Positions 25,593-39,199 of a DNA stretch of 64,000 bases are shown in pieces. Positions within the stretch are counted from its first letter, which is position 1. Every line of letters begins with the position of its first letter. The translations under genes were made by a program, and so were the position numbers. The notes below the pieces were generated by a model that was given only the letters and a program-made list of their open reading frames with translations, did not search any database and was not told where the DNA came from. Source of the DNA: the human T2T-CHM13v2.0 reference genome, Homo sapiens; assembly GCF_009914755.1 (NCBI RefSeq), contig NC_060926.1; one strand, 5' to 3'.

Positions 25593-27125
25593 GTGATACA
25601 ATATTTCCAGATGACTAAGAGGACAGTCAATTTTTCAACTTCAGCTTCTATTCTGATTTCTTTCTCAATAAGGCTTGCCATAATGGCCTTAAAGAAATGT
25701 AGGCCAAAGGTTTAAGGAAGAGTTGTGTTCAACTTTTCAGGTGTGTACAGGTTTGATCACAGGTAGTAAAAAATATTGTATATTCTTGACTAATTTAATT
25801 TGGAATTCTGAGTGCCCAGCAGATACTTGCCTGGGGTCTGGTCCAATGCAGGTGCTCACCAACGTTGGCAGAATGAATGGATGTTGTTGCCAACAATAAT
25901 CTGAAGAAACATGGAAAGTAACAGAAGGTCAGAACCCTAAAACAGGGAAAAATATGTCTTCTGAAAACTATAAAACAATGAGTTTACTGAGGATACCTAG
26001 CAGCCTACTAGGAATGGATTGGAAGTATGACCTAGAAAAACAGGAAAGGGGGCTTCAGACAAGCAATTAGATAAAACTATGGGATACATTAAAATGGGCC
26101 CAGATTAATGGATTCATGATTTTTCAGATTTATACAGATCCATGATTTTTCTTATCCACCCTTTTGACCACAAAACAAATTATTCCATTGAAATCTTTCT
26201 GAAAGACAAACATGTAGAACTATTACAGGGAGAGGTGGCAATTTGGAACTTTATATTCTTGTCTCTTTTCTTGTTCCTTCCTTCTGTGGTGGCCCAGAGG
26301 AACCTGCAGAGAGCCATAAATATAGGTTCCCAAATTGAAGCATGCATGGAAATCAGCTGAGGTATGATAAAATGTATAATTCTGTACCTTACCACAAGAG
26401 ATTCTCATTAACAAAGAAATACCCAAGTATCTCAGCTAATGGCTATGTAAATACTGTCCAGGCTCTGAAAAGCACAATCGGAAACCAGTAATGTAAAGAT
26501 AAACTGCCGTCTGTGTTCACAGCCTGTTAGGAAGTTAAAAACCTGGGGTAGATGAAATTCTGAAAGGAGTTAAATGCAAACCAGTTGTAAGTTAATATGG
26601 AGGGAAGTTTTGTGCCATTAGTACTGTCATTTGGTGTCATGACTAGTTAAATCCTTTTATTTATTGCTTTTTCAGATAGCATTCACGGGACACGTTCAAT
26701 GTTCATGCAGCAACTGAGAATTTGACATCATATAAACGGAAACAAAAATATCCTTATTTTTCATCTTTTCTACAGAGCTCAGCCTTTTGCTTGTCCCCAG
26801 GACAATTCAGCCAACTCAGGAGGCAGCTAATTCTTCTCAAACAGTGACTGTTTTACTTTGTCCCCTTCACTTTCCAGGGGCTATTGCCATATTGCCAGTT
26901 TAGCTCTTGTATTCCTCCCTTTTCATCATCCACCTGTGTTTAAAAGTGTCCCAGGTGCTCATGTTCAATTATTCATTGGCATTTCATTCTTGCCATAACA
27001 GTTCCTCTCAGTGTGCCCTACTGAATCTTTCCCTTCTATTTTATGTATGTACATTTACATGTAGAATTTTTTCATCTGGAGCTGCATTCTCACCTTTCTT
27101 CTAGGTTATTCTCTGGACCATAGCT

Positions 27126-27697
27126 GTGAATCATTCACCCCAAGTCTGAGAGCAATATGGTGGGCCACGTTCAACCAGGGTTCTGATTTTACCTACTGTG
27201 CGTGAGCATGTCACAGGTATCCCTCAGATCCAATTTTTCTTTGTCTCATGAACTGCTCTGTATTACAAAGAAGCTGACATCTATAGGCGGCATATCCCAT
27301 GTTCCATGTCAAATAACTTCCATCTCTGTTCACCCAAAAGGTGTACTGATGTAAATCTGGAACATGGGAGGAGGAAACACTCCAATTTCCATTCTGTCTC
27401 CAGCGGCATGTCTGACAGGGGTGGGACCATCCATGACTCCAACTCCTTTCTAATAGATCAGTCATGTTCCAGTTTCTTTCAGGTAACCCTGACTCTGAGT
27501 TTTGGTAATACTGTCTCTTTATCATTTTGTCTCTCCAGCTCTAGGGTATAGTGGGGTTTTGTGTTGCTAATCTCTGAATTACATAGATTTCTCAGCTCCT
27601 CCATCACCTGTGTAACCAATCCCCTGAATTAAATTCCCTCTGAATTAAATACTTGAAATTGTGTTTGTTTTTCTGATTAAAACTCCACTGTTACACC
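27126..27697 (+). mobile_element. Old ERVL LTR (LTR33-like)
   Basis: 'ctcagatccaattttt', 'tgtgtaaccaatcccctgaattaaattccctc...gtttgtttttctga'. Confidence 0.55.
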
Positions 27698-27744
27698 ATA
27701 TTACTTCTCACTCTCCATTTCTCCCTTTCCACTTTCTTTCTCTC

Positions 27745-28538
27745 CTATTTTTAACATTTATTTTAGGTTCAGGTGTTCATGTGCAGGTTTGTTATACAGG
27801 CAAATTGCATGTTATGGGGGTTCGGTGTGCAGAGTATTTCATCACCAGGTAAAGAGCATAGTACTGGATAGGTAGTTTTTTGATTATCTCCCTCCCCACA
27901 CCGAGGGCCTAGTGTCTATTGTTCCCCTCTCTGTATCCTTATGTTCTCACTGTTTAGCTCCCACTTGTAAGTGAGAACGTGCTGTAATTGGTATTCTTTC
28001 CCTGCATTTAGTTCACTTAGGCTGATGGCCTCCAGCTCCATCCATGTTCCTGTAAAGGACGTGATCTCATTCTTTTTTATGGCCAGATAGTATTCTATAG
28101 TGTATATGTACCATATTTTCTTTATATAGGCTACTATTGATGGGCATTCAGGTTGATTCCATGTCTTTGCTGTTGTGAATAGTGCTGCAGTGAACATCCA
28201 CATGCATATGTCTTTATAGTAGAACAATTTATATTCCTTTGGGTATATACTCAATAATGGGATTGCTGGGTTGAATGGTAATTGTGTTTTAAGTTCTTTG
28301 AAGAATTGCCATACTGCTTTCCACAACGGCTGAACTAATTTACATTCCCACCAGCAGTGTAAGCATTCCCTTTTCTTCACAATCTCACCAGCAGCTGTTA
28401 TGTTTGACTTTTTTAGTAATAGTCATTCTGACTGGTGTGAGATGATGTCTCACTGTGGTTTTGATCTGCATTTCTGTAACGATTAGTGATGTTGAGTATT
28501 TTTTTCATATACTTGTTGGCCACGCGTATGTCTTCTTC
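27745..28538 (-). mobile_element. L1PA15/L1PB-like 3' fragment
   Basis: ORF 27916-28380(-) [18 protein letters not shown]...MELEAI is the ORF2 C-terminus; followed by 3'UTR. Confidence 0.93.
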
Positions 28539-29703
28539 AGACTCTTCCGTCTTTATTTCTTCTCCTTCTGTTTCTCTTCCTCCTCCTCACTTTGGCAGCC
28601 TAGGAACTTCTAAACTTAAATGACAAAGCTTCAATCCTATTTCAGATTTTTCAGTGAAACAGACCACCCTTAAAAAGTTATTATGAAGCATTTTTTTTAA
28701 TTTGAATTCTGGTTTTGTGTGAGACCTAAAAGTAGTCATGAAAGCTCTTTATAGTTTGGTTTTCTTATGTGTATAAAGAGAATAATACTCAGCTTATAGA
28801 ATTAATTTGAGGATTAAATAATATAAATCTGCTGAAAAGCATATGTTGTTTGGCAAGTTGTAAGCCCTCAAAATATTTGCTGATCTTGTAGTTTCTATGT
28901 TACATGTACAGTTCCTAGAATATGTCCTGGTATTTAAGAAACTTTCAATTCAATATAATGTATCTTCTACATGTATATACTGCTCTACAAAGACTCTTGG
29001 AGTTCAGATTGATAAAACAGAAAAAAAAACCCTAAAACTCCTTAATTTTTGAGAAAGTTTAAAATATATTCAGCATACGTGTTTACTAAGGACACGTGAG
29101 TATCAAATAACTAAAGTCTTTTAATAACTGTGGGGGTTTTCTTATTGAACTTTGCCTCCACCCTTTAATTCTTTCCAATAGATTGTATAACCAGGAAAAT
29201 ATCAATTTTCTCATTCAGTATGAATCTATCTGTCTTATTTACCATGAACCTTGCAGTTCTTTGGTGCCGTTCTGATACTTCCTTTACTCATTCACTTCCA
29301 CTGACCCTATTCCTTTCCCTCATCATGACAATGGAGTATTCTAGCCCTCACTTTTGTTAGAATAATTCAGAACCTTTTAAGACACATAGATACAATTTTA
29401 TTCATTTTTAATGCTAATGTTGCCACATTAAAGATTTAGCAAGGAATTCTAGAAAAATGACTGCCTGCCACAATTTTTTACCTTTCCCTTTTCAACAGTA
29501 GTCATCTGTCTCATATGGATCAAATGGCTACTGGGGCAACACACTCCTGTATGCACATAATGCATTGCGTGCTGTGGGAATACAGGTAGTGAGAACTGGT
29601 GTGGACCAGACTAGAGATAGAATACTAACATCTAATAGCCCAGAGAGAAGGATCAGAACTAAGACACTTTCTAAGAGATCTTGACTCAATGATATGTGGG
29701 AAC

Positions 29704-29874
29704 AGGACCAGCTATATAACATGAGGATCTAGTGTAAAACAAAAGTGCAGAAACCCTTCTTGAAACGTTATTAGAAAATGTTAGATGATGGCAGAGCATT
29801 AAACAAAGCTTGGGTCCTTCTATGTTCAGGGCCTTATGTGGCTGCACAGATTGCACACTCACTATCTAGTCCTG
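29704..29874 (-). mobile_element. MER45A (hAT-Tip100)
   Basis: CAGGACCAGCTATATAA...'agagcattaaac'...'gctgcacag'...CCTG. Confidence 0.8.
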
Positions 29875-31378
29875 AGTGGGTGTAGGTGTGTTAAGAAAAG
29901 GAGGATGCAAACATCAATCTTGTATGATTGTGTCAGACTCCCTAGCCCAAGAATCAAGCAGCTAAACTGATGGGCTGAGTTCTCCCATGTGTGAGGCTCA
30001 GGGAGTGTGAGTGGACTGGGAAGCAAAGAGGCTTCCTCCTAATATCTCATCAAGTGACTGGCATCCTGACTGCTACTGTACCACTAGCCCACAGGGTTTG
30101 GTTACTTCATCTTATTTGACGCTGATCTGAAATAGCAAATACTATCAATCAATGGTCAAAAGTAAAAAAAAAAAAAAACAAAAACCAACAACAACAAAAA
30201 GAGAACTGATAAAAACATTGAAGAAATTTTTAAAAATTTGAGAGAGGGCAAGATGGCCAACTAGACATAGCCAGGTGGAAAAGCTGCCACCAAGGGACCA
30301 AGATGATTGGCCTACTCTTAACAGATTTTCAGAGGGAAGGCACTGAGAGTGGACAGAGACATGACACACAAGCGGGCTGAAGGGGCAGAAAGCTGGAAGC
30401 CTCGTATGGGGCTACTGTGCACCGAGGCTCATTCCTGGCCCCCAACAACTCCAGGGGTGAGTTGAACTGGCAAGGAGCAACACACTCTTGCCATGAGCCT
30501 CTGGAATCCTGGCAGGAGAAGACTCAACCTCCATGGACACTTGAGCTGGCAGAGCTGCTTAGAGAAGTGGTAGGGGAAGCAAGCCAGCCAATGTGGAGGG
30601 CAGATTTGGTACGAGAGCCTCTGTAGCAGAGTACAGCCAAGGACAGCCATTCCCCCAGGCTTGACTTTCTCCTATAGGAGACTTTAGCCCTAAGGGAACT
30701 GTCAGTCCTGAATTCTGCAGGGTGGTCTTGCCCATCAGATGGGGACATGCAACCTGAGCCACTGCGTAGTCTGCTGGTGTCTCCTAGGTCTCCAGCTTGG
30801 CCACATGCACTGGCAGGGCAGCCTCGGGTGCCCTAGGGGCTCCATCATAGCTTCTGGGGGGTGGACCCTACCTGACTGGAGGAGAGCTCCAGCAGTGTAG
30901 ATTCTACAGCCACACACACAGCCTACCCACTCCCTCCCCTGGGCCCACAGCAACCACCCTCCCCCCATTACTTTCCCAGCATGTGTGTGCGGAAGCAGGT
31001 TTTGCTTTCCTTGCCCCAATATGCCCATGTGTGTGCATGCACCCTGCCGTGCCACTGTTGCAACGGAAGTGCAACCTTCCCTCTTCTGACTGACTGCCAT
31101 TAAAGTCAGAGTATTGGCAGGTACAGAGCCAGCCAGCCCTGCTCCTGCCAGTGCCCACGGTTGCATCATTGCTGCTACAGGAGTGAAACTAGGCAATGAC
31201 ACTTGTAGGCTCAAAATAAAGGAGTGGAGAAAAATCTACCAAGCAAACGGAAAACAGAAAAACACAGTGGTTGCAATCCTAATTTCAGACAAAACAGACT
31301 TTAAGCAAACAAAGGTCAAAAAAGACAAGGAAGGGAATTACATAATGTTGAAGTGTTCAATTCAACAAAAAGACTTAA

Positions 31379-31433
31379 TATATATATATATATAATAGTT
31401 ATATATATAATAGTTTTACATATATACACATAA

Positions 31434-31479
<46 letters not shown>
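31379..31479. repeat. (TA)n/(CA)n microsatellite grown inside the L1 ORF2 endonuclease region
   Basis: Replaces the 'aaatatatatgcacc' (NIYAP) stretch. Confidence 0.9.
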
Positions 31480-34220
31480 GTCCAACAGAGGCACACCCAG
31501 ATTCATAAAAGAAGTTCTTACAGACCTGCAAAGAGACTTAGACTCCCACACAAGAATACTAGGGGATGTCAACACCACACTGACAATATTAGATCATTGA
31601 GACAGAAAGTTAACAAAGATATTCAGGACTTGAACTCAGCTCTGGATCAAGTGGACTTGATAGATATCTACGGAACTCTCCACCCCAAAACAACAGAATA
31701 TACATTCTTCTCATTGCCACATACACTTACTCTAAAATTGATCACATAATCAGAAGTAAAACACTCCTCAGTAAATGCAAAGAAAAAAATACTGAAATCA
31801 TAACAGTCCCTCAGATCACAGCACAATCAAATTATAATTCAAGATTAAGAAACTCAAAACCACACAACTACGTGGAAATTGAACAACCTTCTCCTGAGTG
31901 AATCTTGGGTAAATAATAAAATGAAGTTGGCAATCAATAAGTTCTTTGAAACAAATGAGAACAATGAAACAATGTACCAGAATCTCTGTGACACAGCTAA
32001 AGCAGTGTTAAGAGGGAAATATATAGCACTAAATGCCCACATCAAAAAGCTAGAAAGATCTCAAATCAGCAACCTAATGTGACAACTAAAGGAACTAGAG
32101 AACCAAGAGCAAACCCCAAAACTAGCAGAAGGCAAGAAATAACCAAAATCAGAGTGGAACTGAAGAAGATAGAGACACAAAAAACCCTTCAAAAAATCAA
32201 GAAATCCAGGAGCTGGTTTTCTGAAAGAATAAAATAGATAGACTGTTAGCTAGACTAATAAAAAAGAGATAAGAATCAACTAGACAAGATCAGAAATGGT
32301 AAGGGGGGATAGCACCACTGACCTCACAGAAATACAAACCATCAGATAATACTACAAACGCCTCTATGCATATAAACTAGAAAATCTAGAAGAAATTGAT
32401 TAATTCCAGGACACATACACCTTCCCATGACTGAACCAGAAAGAAATTGAGTCCCTGAACAGACCAATAGTGAGCTCTGAAAATGAGTCAGTAATAAATT
32501 GCCTACCAACAAAAGAAAGCTCAGGAATGGATGGATTCACAGCTGAATTCTACCAGATGTATAAAAAGAGCTGGTACTATTCCTACTAAAACTATTCCAA
32601 AAAACTGAGGAGTAAGGACTCCTCTCTAACTCATTCTACGAGGCTGGCATCATCCTGATACCATGACTTGGCAGAGTCACAACAAAAAAAGAAAACTGCA
32701 GACGAATATCTTTGATGAACATCAATGCAAAAATCCTCAACAAAATACTGGCAAACTGAATCCAGCAGCACATCAAAAAGCTTATCCAGCATGATTGAGT
32801 AGGCTTTATCCCTGGGATGCAAGGTTGGTTCAACATACACAAATCAATCAATGTGATTCATGACATAAACAGAACTAAAGACAAAATCACATGATTTTCT
32901 CAATAGATGCAGAAAAGCCTTGGATAAAATTAAACATTCCTTCATGTTAAAAACTCTCAATAAACTAGGAATTGAAGGAACATACCACAAATAAAAGGAA
33001 CCATCCATGACAATCCCATAAGCAGCATCATACTGAGAACAAAAGCTGGAAGCATTCTTCTTGAAAACCTGCACAAGACAAGGATGCCTTGTATCATCAC
33101 TTCTATTCAACATAGTACTAGAAGTCCTGGCCGGAATAATCAGGCAAGAGAAGGAAAGAAAGGGCATCCAAATAGGAAGAAAGGAAGTCAAACTATCCCT
33201 GTTTGCAGATGACATGATCCTTTATTTAGAAAACCCAAGAGTCTTGGCCTCAAAGCTCCTTAAGCTGATAAGAACTTCAGCAAAGTCTCAGGATACAAAA
33301 TCAATGTACAAAAATCACTAGCCATTCCTATACACTAACAACAGTCAAGGTGAGGGCCAAAACAGGAATGCAATCCCATTCACAATTGCCCCCCAAAAGA
33401 ATAAAATACCTAGGAGTACATATAACCAGGGAGGTGAAAGAGCTCTACAAGGAGAACTACAAAACACTGCTCGAAGAAATCAGAGATGACACAAACAAAT
33501 GGGAAAACATTCCGTGCTCATGGATAGGAAGTATCAGTATCAAAATGACCACACTCCACAAAACAATTTATAGGTTCAATGCTATTCTTAGTAAACTACC
33601 AATGACATTCTTCACAGAATTAGAAAAGACTATTTAAAAATTCATATGGAACCAAAATAGAGTCCAAATAACAAAGGCAATCTTAAGCAAAAAGAACAAA
33701 GCTTGAGGCATCATGCTACCTAGATGAAATAACCAAAACAGCATGGTACTGTTACAAAAGCAGACACATGCATGAATGGAACAGACTAGAGATCCAGAAA
33801 TACGGCCATACACCTACAACTATCTTCAAAAAACCTGACAAAAACAAGCAATGGGGAAAGGACTTTCTAATCCATAAATGGTGCTGGGAAATTTCCCAGC
33901 TAGTCAGTTACTAGCCATATGCAGAAGATTAAAACTGGACCCCTTTCTTACACCATATACAAAAATCAACTCATGGTGGATTAAAGACTTAAATGTAAAA
34001 AAAATAAAAATCCTGGAAGACAACCTAGGCAATATCCTTCTGGTCATAGGAATGGGTAAAGATTTCATGACAAAGATGCCAAAAGCAAATTGCAACAAAA
34101 GCAAATTTGACAAATGGAATTAAATTAAAGAACTTTGGCACAGCAAGAGAAACTGTCAACAGAGTAAACAGACAACTACAGAATGGGAGAAAATTTTTGA
34201 AAATTATGCATCTGGCAAAG

Positions 34221-35292
34221 TATCGGGGGAACCAGCCCCCAATATTTCAACATAAGTTCTTTCCTATTTTCCCTAAGTGTCGGCCAGTCTGAGAAATAGA
34301 GTACAAAAGAAAGAAATTTTACAGCTGGGTCTCCCTGGGTGAAATCACATGTCGGCAGGTTCCGTGATGCCCCCTGAGCCACAAAACCAGCAAGTTTTTA
34401 TTATGGATTTCAAAAGGGGAGGGGTGTATGAATAGGGAGTGGATCACAGAGATCACATGCTTCAAAGGCAATAAAATATCACAAGGGTAGAGAGGCAGAG
34501 TGAGATCACAAGGCCAGGGCAAAACTAGAATTACTGATGAAGGTCCATGTCCCGCTGGGCACACATTGTCATTGATAAACATCTTAACAGTAATCAGGGT
34601 TTGAGAGCAGACAACCAGTCTGACTAGAATTTCGCCAGGCTGGAATTTCCCAATCCTAACAAGCCTCGCGGAGCTGCAGGAGACCACGGCATATTTCATC
34701 CCTTATCTACAACTGCATAAGACACTCCCAGAGCGGCCATTTTAGAGACCTCCCCCTGGGAATGCATTCGCTTTCCCGGGGCTATTCCTTGCTGAGAAAA
34801 GAATTCAGTGATATTTCTCCTATTTGCTTTCTGAAAGAAGACAAATATGACTCTGTTCTGCCTGGCCCCGCAGGCAGTTAGACTTTATGCTTATCTCCCT
34901 TGTTCCCTGAAAGTCGCTGTTATCCTGTTCTTTTAGGATGCCCAGATTTCATATTGTTCAAACACACATGTTTTACAAACAATTTGTACAGAAAACGCAA
35001 TCATCACGGGGTCCTGAGGCGACATACATCCCCAGCTTATGAAGATGATGGGATTAAGAGATTAAAGTAAAGACAGGCATAGGAAACTGTAAGAGTATTG
35101 TTTGGGAAAGTGATAAATGTCCATGAAATCTTCACAATTTATGTTCAGAGATTGCAGTAAAGACAGGCGTAAGAGATTATAAAAGTATTAATTTGGGGAA
35201 CTAATAAATGTCCATGAAATCTTCACAATTTATGTTCTTCTGCCGCAGCTTCAGCCGGTCCCTGCATTTGGGGTCCCTGACTTCCCACAACA
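34221..35292 (-). mobile_element. MER11 solo LTR (HERV-K HML-8; MER11A/C-like) inserted in L1 ORF2
   Basis: Minus strand starts TGTTGTGGGAAGTCAGGGACCCC; 1072 bp; perfect 6-bp TSD GCAAAG at 34215-34220 and 35293-35298; internal tandem repeat at ~35065-35240. Confidence 0.95.
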
Positions 35293-36349
35293 GCAAAGGT
35301 CTAATATCCAGCATCTATAAGGAACTTTAACAAATTTACAAGAGAAAAACAACCCCACTAAAAAGTGAGCAAAGGACATGAACAGGCAGTTTTCAAAAGA
35401 AGACATACATGCGGCCAACAAGCATATTTTTAAAAGCTCAGTATCACTAATCAGTAGAGAAATACAAATCAAAACCACAGTGAGCTACCATCTCACACCA
35501 GCCAGAATAGCTATTATTAAAAATAACAGATCTGTCAAAAAATAACAGATATTGGTAAGGTTGAGGAGAAAAAGGAAGGCTTATATGCTGTTCATGGGAG
35601 TGTGAATTAGTTCAGCCATTGTGGAAAACAGTGTGGTTATTCCTCAAAGACCTAGAAACAGAACTACCTTTCGACCCAGCAATCCCATTACTGGGTATAG
35701 CCAAAGGAATAGAAATTGTTCTGTCATAAAGACATGTGCATGTATATGTTCACTGCAGCACTATTCACAATAGCAAAGAGATAGAACCAACCCAAATGTC
35801 CTTCAGTGGTAGACTTGATAGAGAAAACCTGGTAAATATACACCATGGAACACTATGCAGCCACAAAAAAGAGTGAGATCATATTCTTTGCAGATACATG
35901 GATGGAGCTGGAGGCCATTATCCTTAGCAAACTAATGCAGGAACAGAAAACCAAATACTGCATGTTGTTACTTATAAGTGGGAGCTAAATATGGAGAACA
36001 TATGGGCACAAAGAGGAAAATAATAGAAACTGGAGCCTATTTGAGGGTGGGGGGAGGGAGCAGGGAGAGGATCAGGAAAAGTAACTGTTGTGTACTAGGC
36101 TTAATATCTGGGCAATGAAGTAATCTGTACAAATCCCCATGACATGAGTTTACCTATATAAGAAGCCTTCACAAGTATCCCTGAAATTAAAAGTTAATGG
36201 AAAAAGAAAAAGATCTCTTTTTCTTGTTAAGATTGTATACTGAAAAATATAAGATATTTTGTAAAACTTTAAGATATTTGATAAGATAATTTAATAAAGT
36301 GGCTGTGTATAATAGAAACATACCAAAAACCCCCATATTTTCCCTCTAG

Positions 36350-36905
36350 TATTAACTGTGTTTTTATTAGGGAAGTAGAACTACTTGGAGTATCATGGAA
36401 GAGAAAATTTACTGCAGGAATTAAACATTACTCAATGTAGTCCTTGGAAAGTAAAGGTTCCAAAAGAAGAGTTTAAAAAATCAAAGAAAAATAACTAACC
36501 CTCATACAGGTATTTCCCAGCTTGCATACCTAGAAGGTAGGTTGATCTGGTTACTGTAGTTGGAACCATGAATAGACTTGCATAGAGGTTCATGGAAGGT
36601 TGTGTACATGTCAGTGAATGATATTTGGTTCATCATGGCCACTACCTCTTTGAGTTCACAGTGAAGCGCTGGTGGCAGGTCATTGATGGTCAGTAGAACC
36701 AGAGGTTAGGAAGGAGAGTTGGGGAAGAGAAAAAAACAAACAAACTGGAACACGCTTGTGCCTTTATTCAGAGCTATATGGCTGCATCTTCATTTCTACC
36801 TCGAATATTCCATGAAACTTCACTTTGGTCAACTCTATCTGTAATTATACAAGGAAAGAAAATCAGGGAAAATTGGTGCCCAGCAAGGCCATGTCTAAAA
36901 TAGAA
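36350..36905 (-). mobile_element. Old ERVL-type LTR (MLT2/LTR41-like)
   Basis: 'ttattagggaagtagaactac...ggaattaaacattac'; interrupts an ancient L1. Confidence 0.45.
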
Positions 36906-36929
36906 CAAGTGAACTCAGTTCCTAAAAAG

Positions 36930-38900
36930 AGAAATAGTCTACTCTCAGTAGCAAAATATCAATACATTATTTACTAATCAATTTAACTTGACCGATGTAA
37001 GATCTGCCTGAAGGAAATTATAAAATCTAATGACATTACACAATATTTGGTCTTTCCTTAGAATATTTAATACTTTAAAAATATCAGTTCTTCCAAACTT
37101 AATATATACATTTAACACGTTTAGAGTTAGACTCTCAATAGTCCTTTTTAAATAAAATGATGTTTAAGTAGACACATAAGAATAAATCTTCAGGGATACT
37201 CAAGGGAGAAATAGAAGTGACTTGTCAAAGAGATTCAGAATATATTAGTAAACGGAAAGCTTCTTCTCATAAATCATTATGATATGGCCACGGCAATAGA
37301 CAAAGCGGAAACAAGGAAGAGAGAATCCAAAAGTAGATCCTAGTGCATGTGAGCATTTACAAATGAAAGACAAATGCTGCATGATCTCACTCATTGATGG
37401 AATCTGAAAGAGCTGATCTTACCAAAGTAGAGAGTAGAACGGTGTTTTCCAGGGACTATGGGGTTAAAGCGGTCGGAAATACGTTAGTCAAAGGATACAA
37501 AATTTCTGTGAGATAAGTAAGTTCAAGAGGTCTATTGTACAATATGGTGACTGTAGTTAACAATATATTGTGTTCTTGAAAAATGCTGAGAGTGGATGTG
37601 AAATATTCTCACCACAAAAATGATAACTATGTGAGGTAATACATATGTTAATTAGCTAGATTTAGTCCTTCCCGACTGTATGTATACTTCGAAACAGTAT
37701 GGTGGCAAACACATACAGTTTTCCCTGTCAATTTAAAATAAATAAATATGACAGTATTTCCATATAAAGGGAAAATAATGGATTATTTAATAATGCAAAT
37801 AAAAGCAATGAAATATTTAATAGAGCACAACCTATCCGCCAAGAAAAAATTAAAAGTGGGCCCCTTTCTTCTCTATATCAAATGTAATTCCTAGTTGGGT
37901 TAGATATTTAAATGTAAAATTTAAAAAAACCTAGTAAGAAAATTCTGGAAGACTATATAAACATGCCAGAAAAAAGCGAAGGCTTCTAACACTCAGAAGC
38001 TATAAAACAACAGAGAAGACTAATTGTGTCTGTAAAATCTAAAAGTTCCTATTATGGCAAAGATACTATAAATAAAGTGAATAAACCAACAATAAATTTG
38101 GAAAAAAGAACTTGCATAGCAGATAAAACAGCTAACATGCATACTGTATAAAAGACTCAAAAGTTAATAAGAGAAATATAAAAAATAGAAAAATGGCAAC
38201 AGATGAAGAGAATGTTTCTATCAGTGAGAAGCCATGTAGTCAAAAATAATGAAAAGATGCACGCATACATTAGTAGTCAAGAAAAGAGAGATTAAAGTAA
38301 TAGATGTAACGTTTTACCTTTTAGACTGGCAAATATTGAAGTGAACATAAAATCTATTGCCGCCTGGGAATGGGAAAAATGGCATGCTCATAAAATGTGA
38401 AAAGAAATGTGAGCGCAATCCCTAAACACTTATAAAAAATGCATATACCTTAAAACCCAGTAATCCCTTTCCTAATAATCTATTCCCTACAAAAAAAAAA
38501 AAGTATCCGTATGTAAGGATTCTCTACAAGGTTGTTTACATCAGCATTGTTCATAGTGGAGAAAAAAAATCAATAAAAAAAGATAAATAAATTATTGTGC
38601 TTCCAAACCACTAACAGCAATGAACGAGAACTATGCCAGATACTTTATACCATTTCTATGACATTACATATGTTAGCCCATTTTTCCTATACATGGATAT
38701 CTGTGTGTAAATACATATATATGTATATATATGAATATGTATGTGACTAGGCATCGAGAAAAAATGTGAAAAGTTACATTTTAGGTTGTTAACTTGGGTC
38801 ATCTAGTGGGGAGGAGGCAGGAAAGAAGTTAACTGGATGGAGTGGGGAATAAGAGGAAATGCAAAAATGTAAATTACAAATGAAAAATGAATGAAAAGGA
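36930..38900 (+). mobile_element. Ancient L1M (L1ME-like) ORF2/3' remnant
   Basis: Degenerate collinear ORF2 motifs ('atatcagttcttccaaact', 'agactggcaaatatt', 'acccagtaatccc'). Confidence 0.65.
37360..37747 (+). mobile_element. L1MA (MA7-9-like) 3' end
   Basis: 'aaagacaaatgctgcatgatctcactcat', 'gtcaaaggatacaaaattt', 'ataactatgtgaggtaat'; tail AAATAAATAAA. Confidence 0.85.
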
Positions 38901-39199
38901 ATGCATAATTGTATTTCTGCATAAATACATTGTATGTGTATCTTATCCTTGTCATGTAAAATTAGAATTCTGTCACTATGTATATAAAAATACGTTTTAA
39001 AACAGGGTTTGAACTAAACCCTTGGCTGGCCCTGAGGTAATGCACCCCTTCCAGAGGTTAAATTTTCCTTTTTTTTTTTTAATTTTTATCTTTTAATATT
39101 TCTAGGACCAAGAGGTCAGTATATTGGGTACTGATTGTAAAGTGAAGGCAGAAGTGGCCTTCAGGGGATTTACATCTTGGGTACATTTGCCATTGACTT

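Larger units (their letters stand above)
30240..36213 (+). mobile_element. Older L1PA (about L1PA13-16): 5'UTR joined directly to ORF2, no ORF1, decayed ORF2, 3'UTR
   Basis: 5' 'caagatggccaactag'; ORF2 fragments [29 protein letters not shown]..., LFADDM; A-rich tail at ~36190-36213. Confidence 0.95.

Noticed and set aside
30417-31214. GC-rich stretch with several ORFs, possible gene promoter
   Set aside because: It is the CpG-depleted 5'UTR of the old L1PA, not a CpG island.
35065-35240. Internal ~95-bp direct repeat
   Set aside because: Tandem repeats are part of the MER11 LTR itself.
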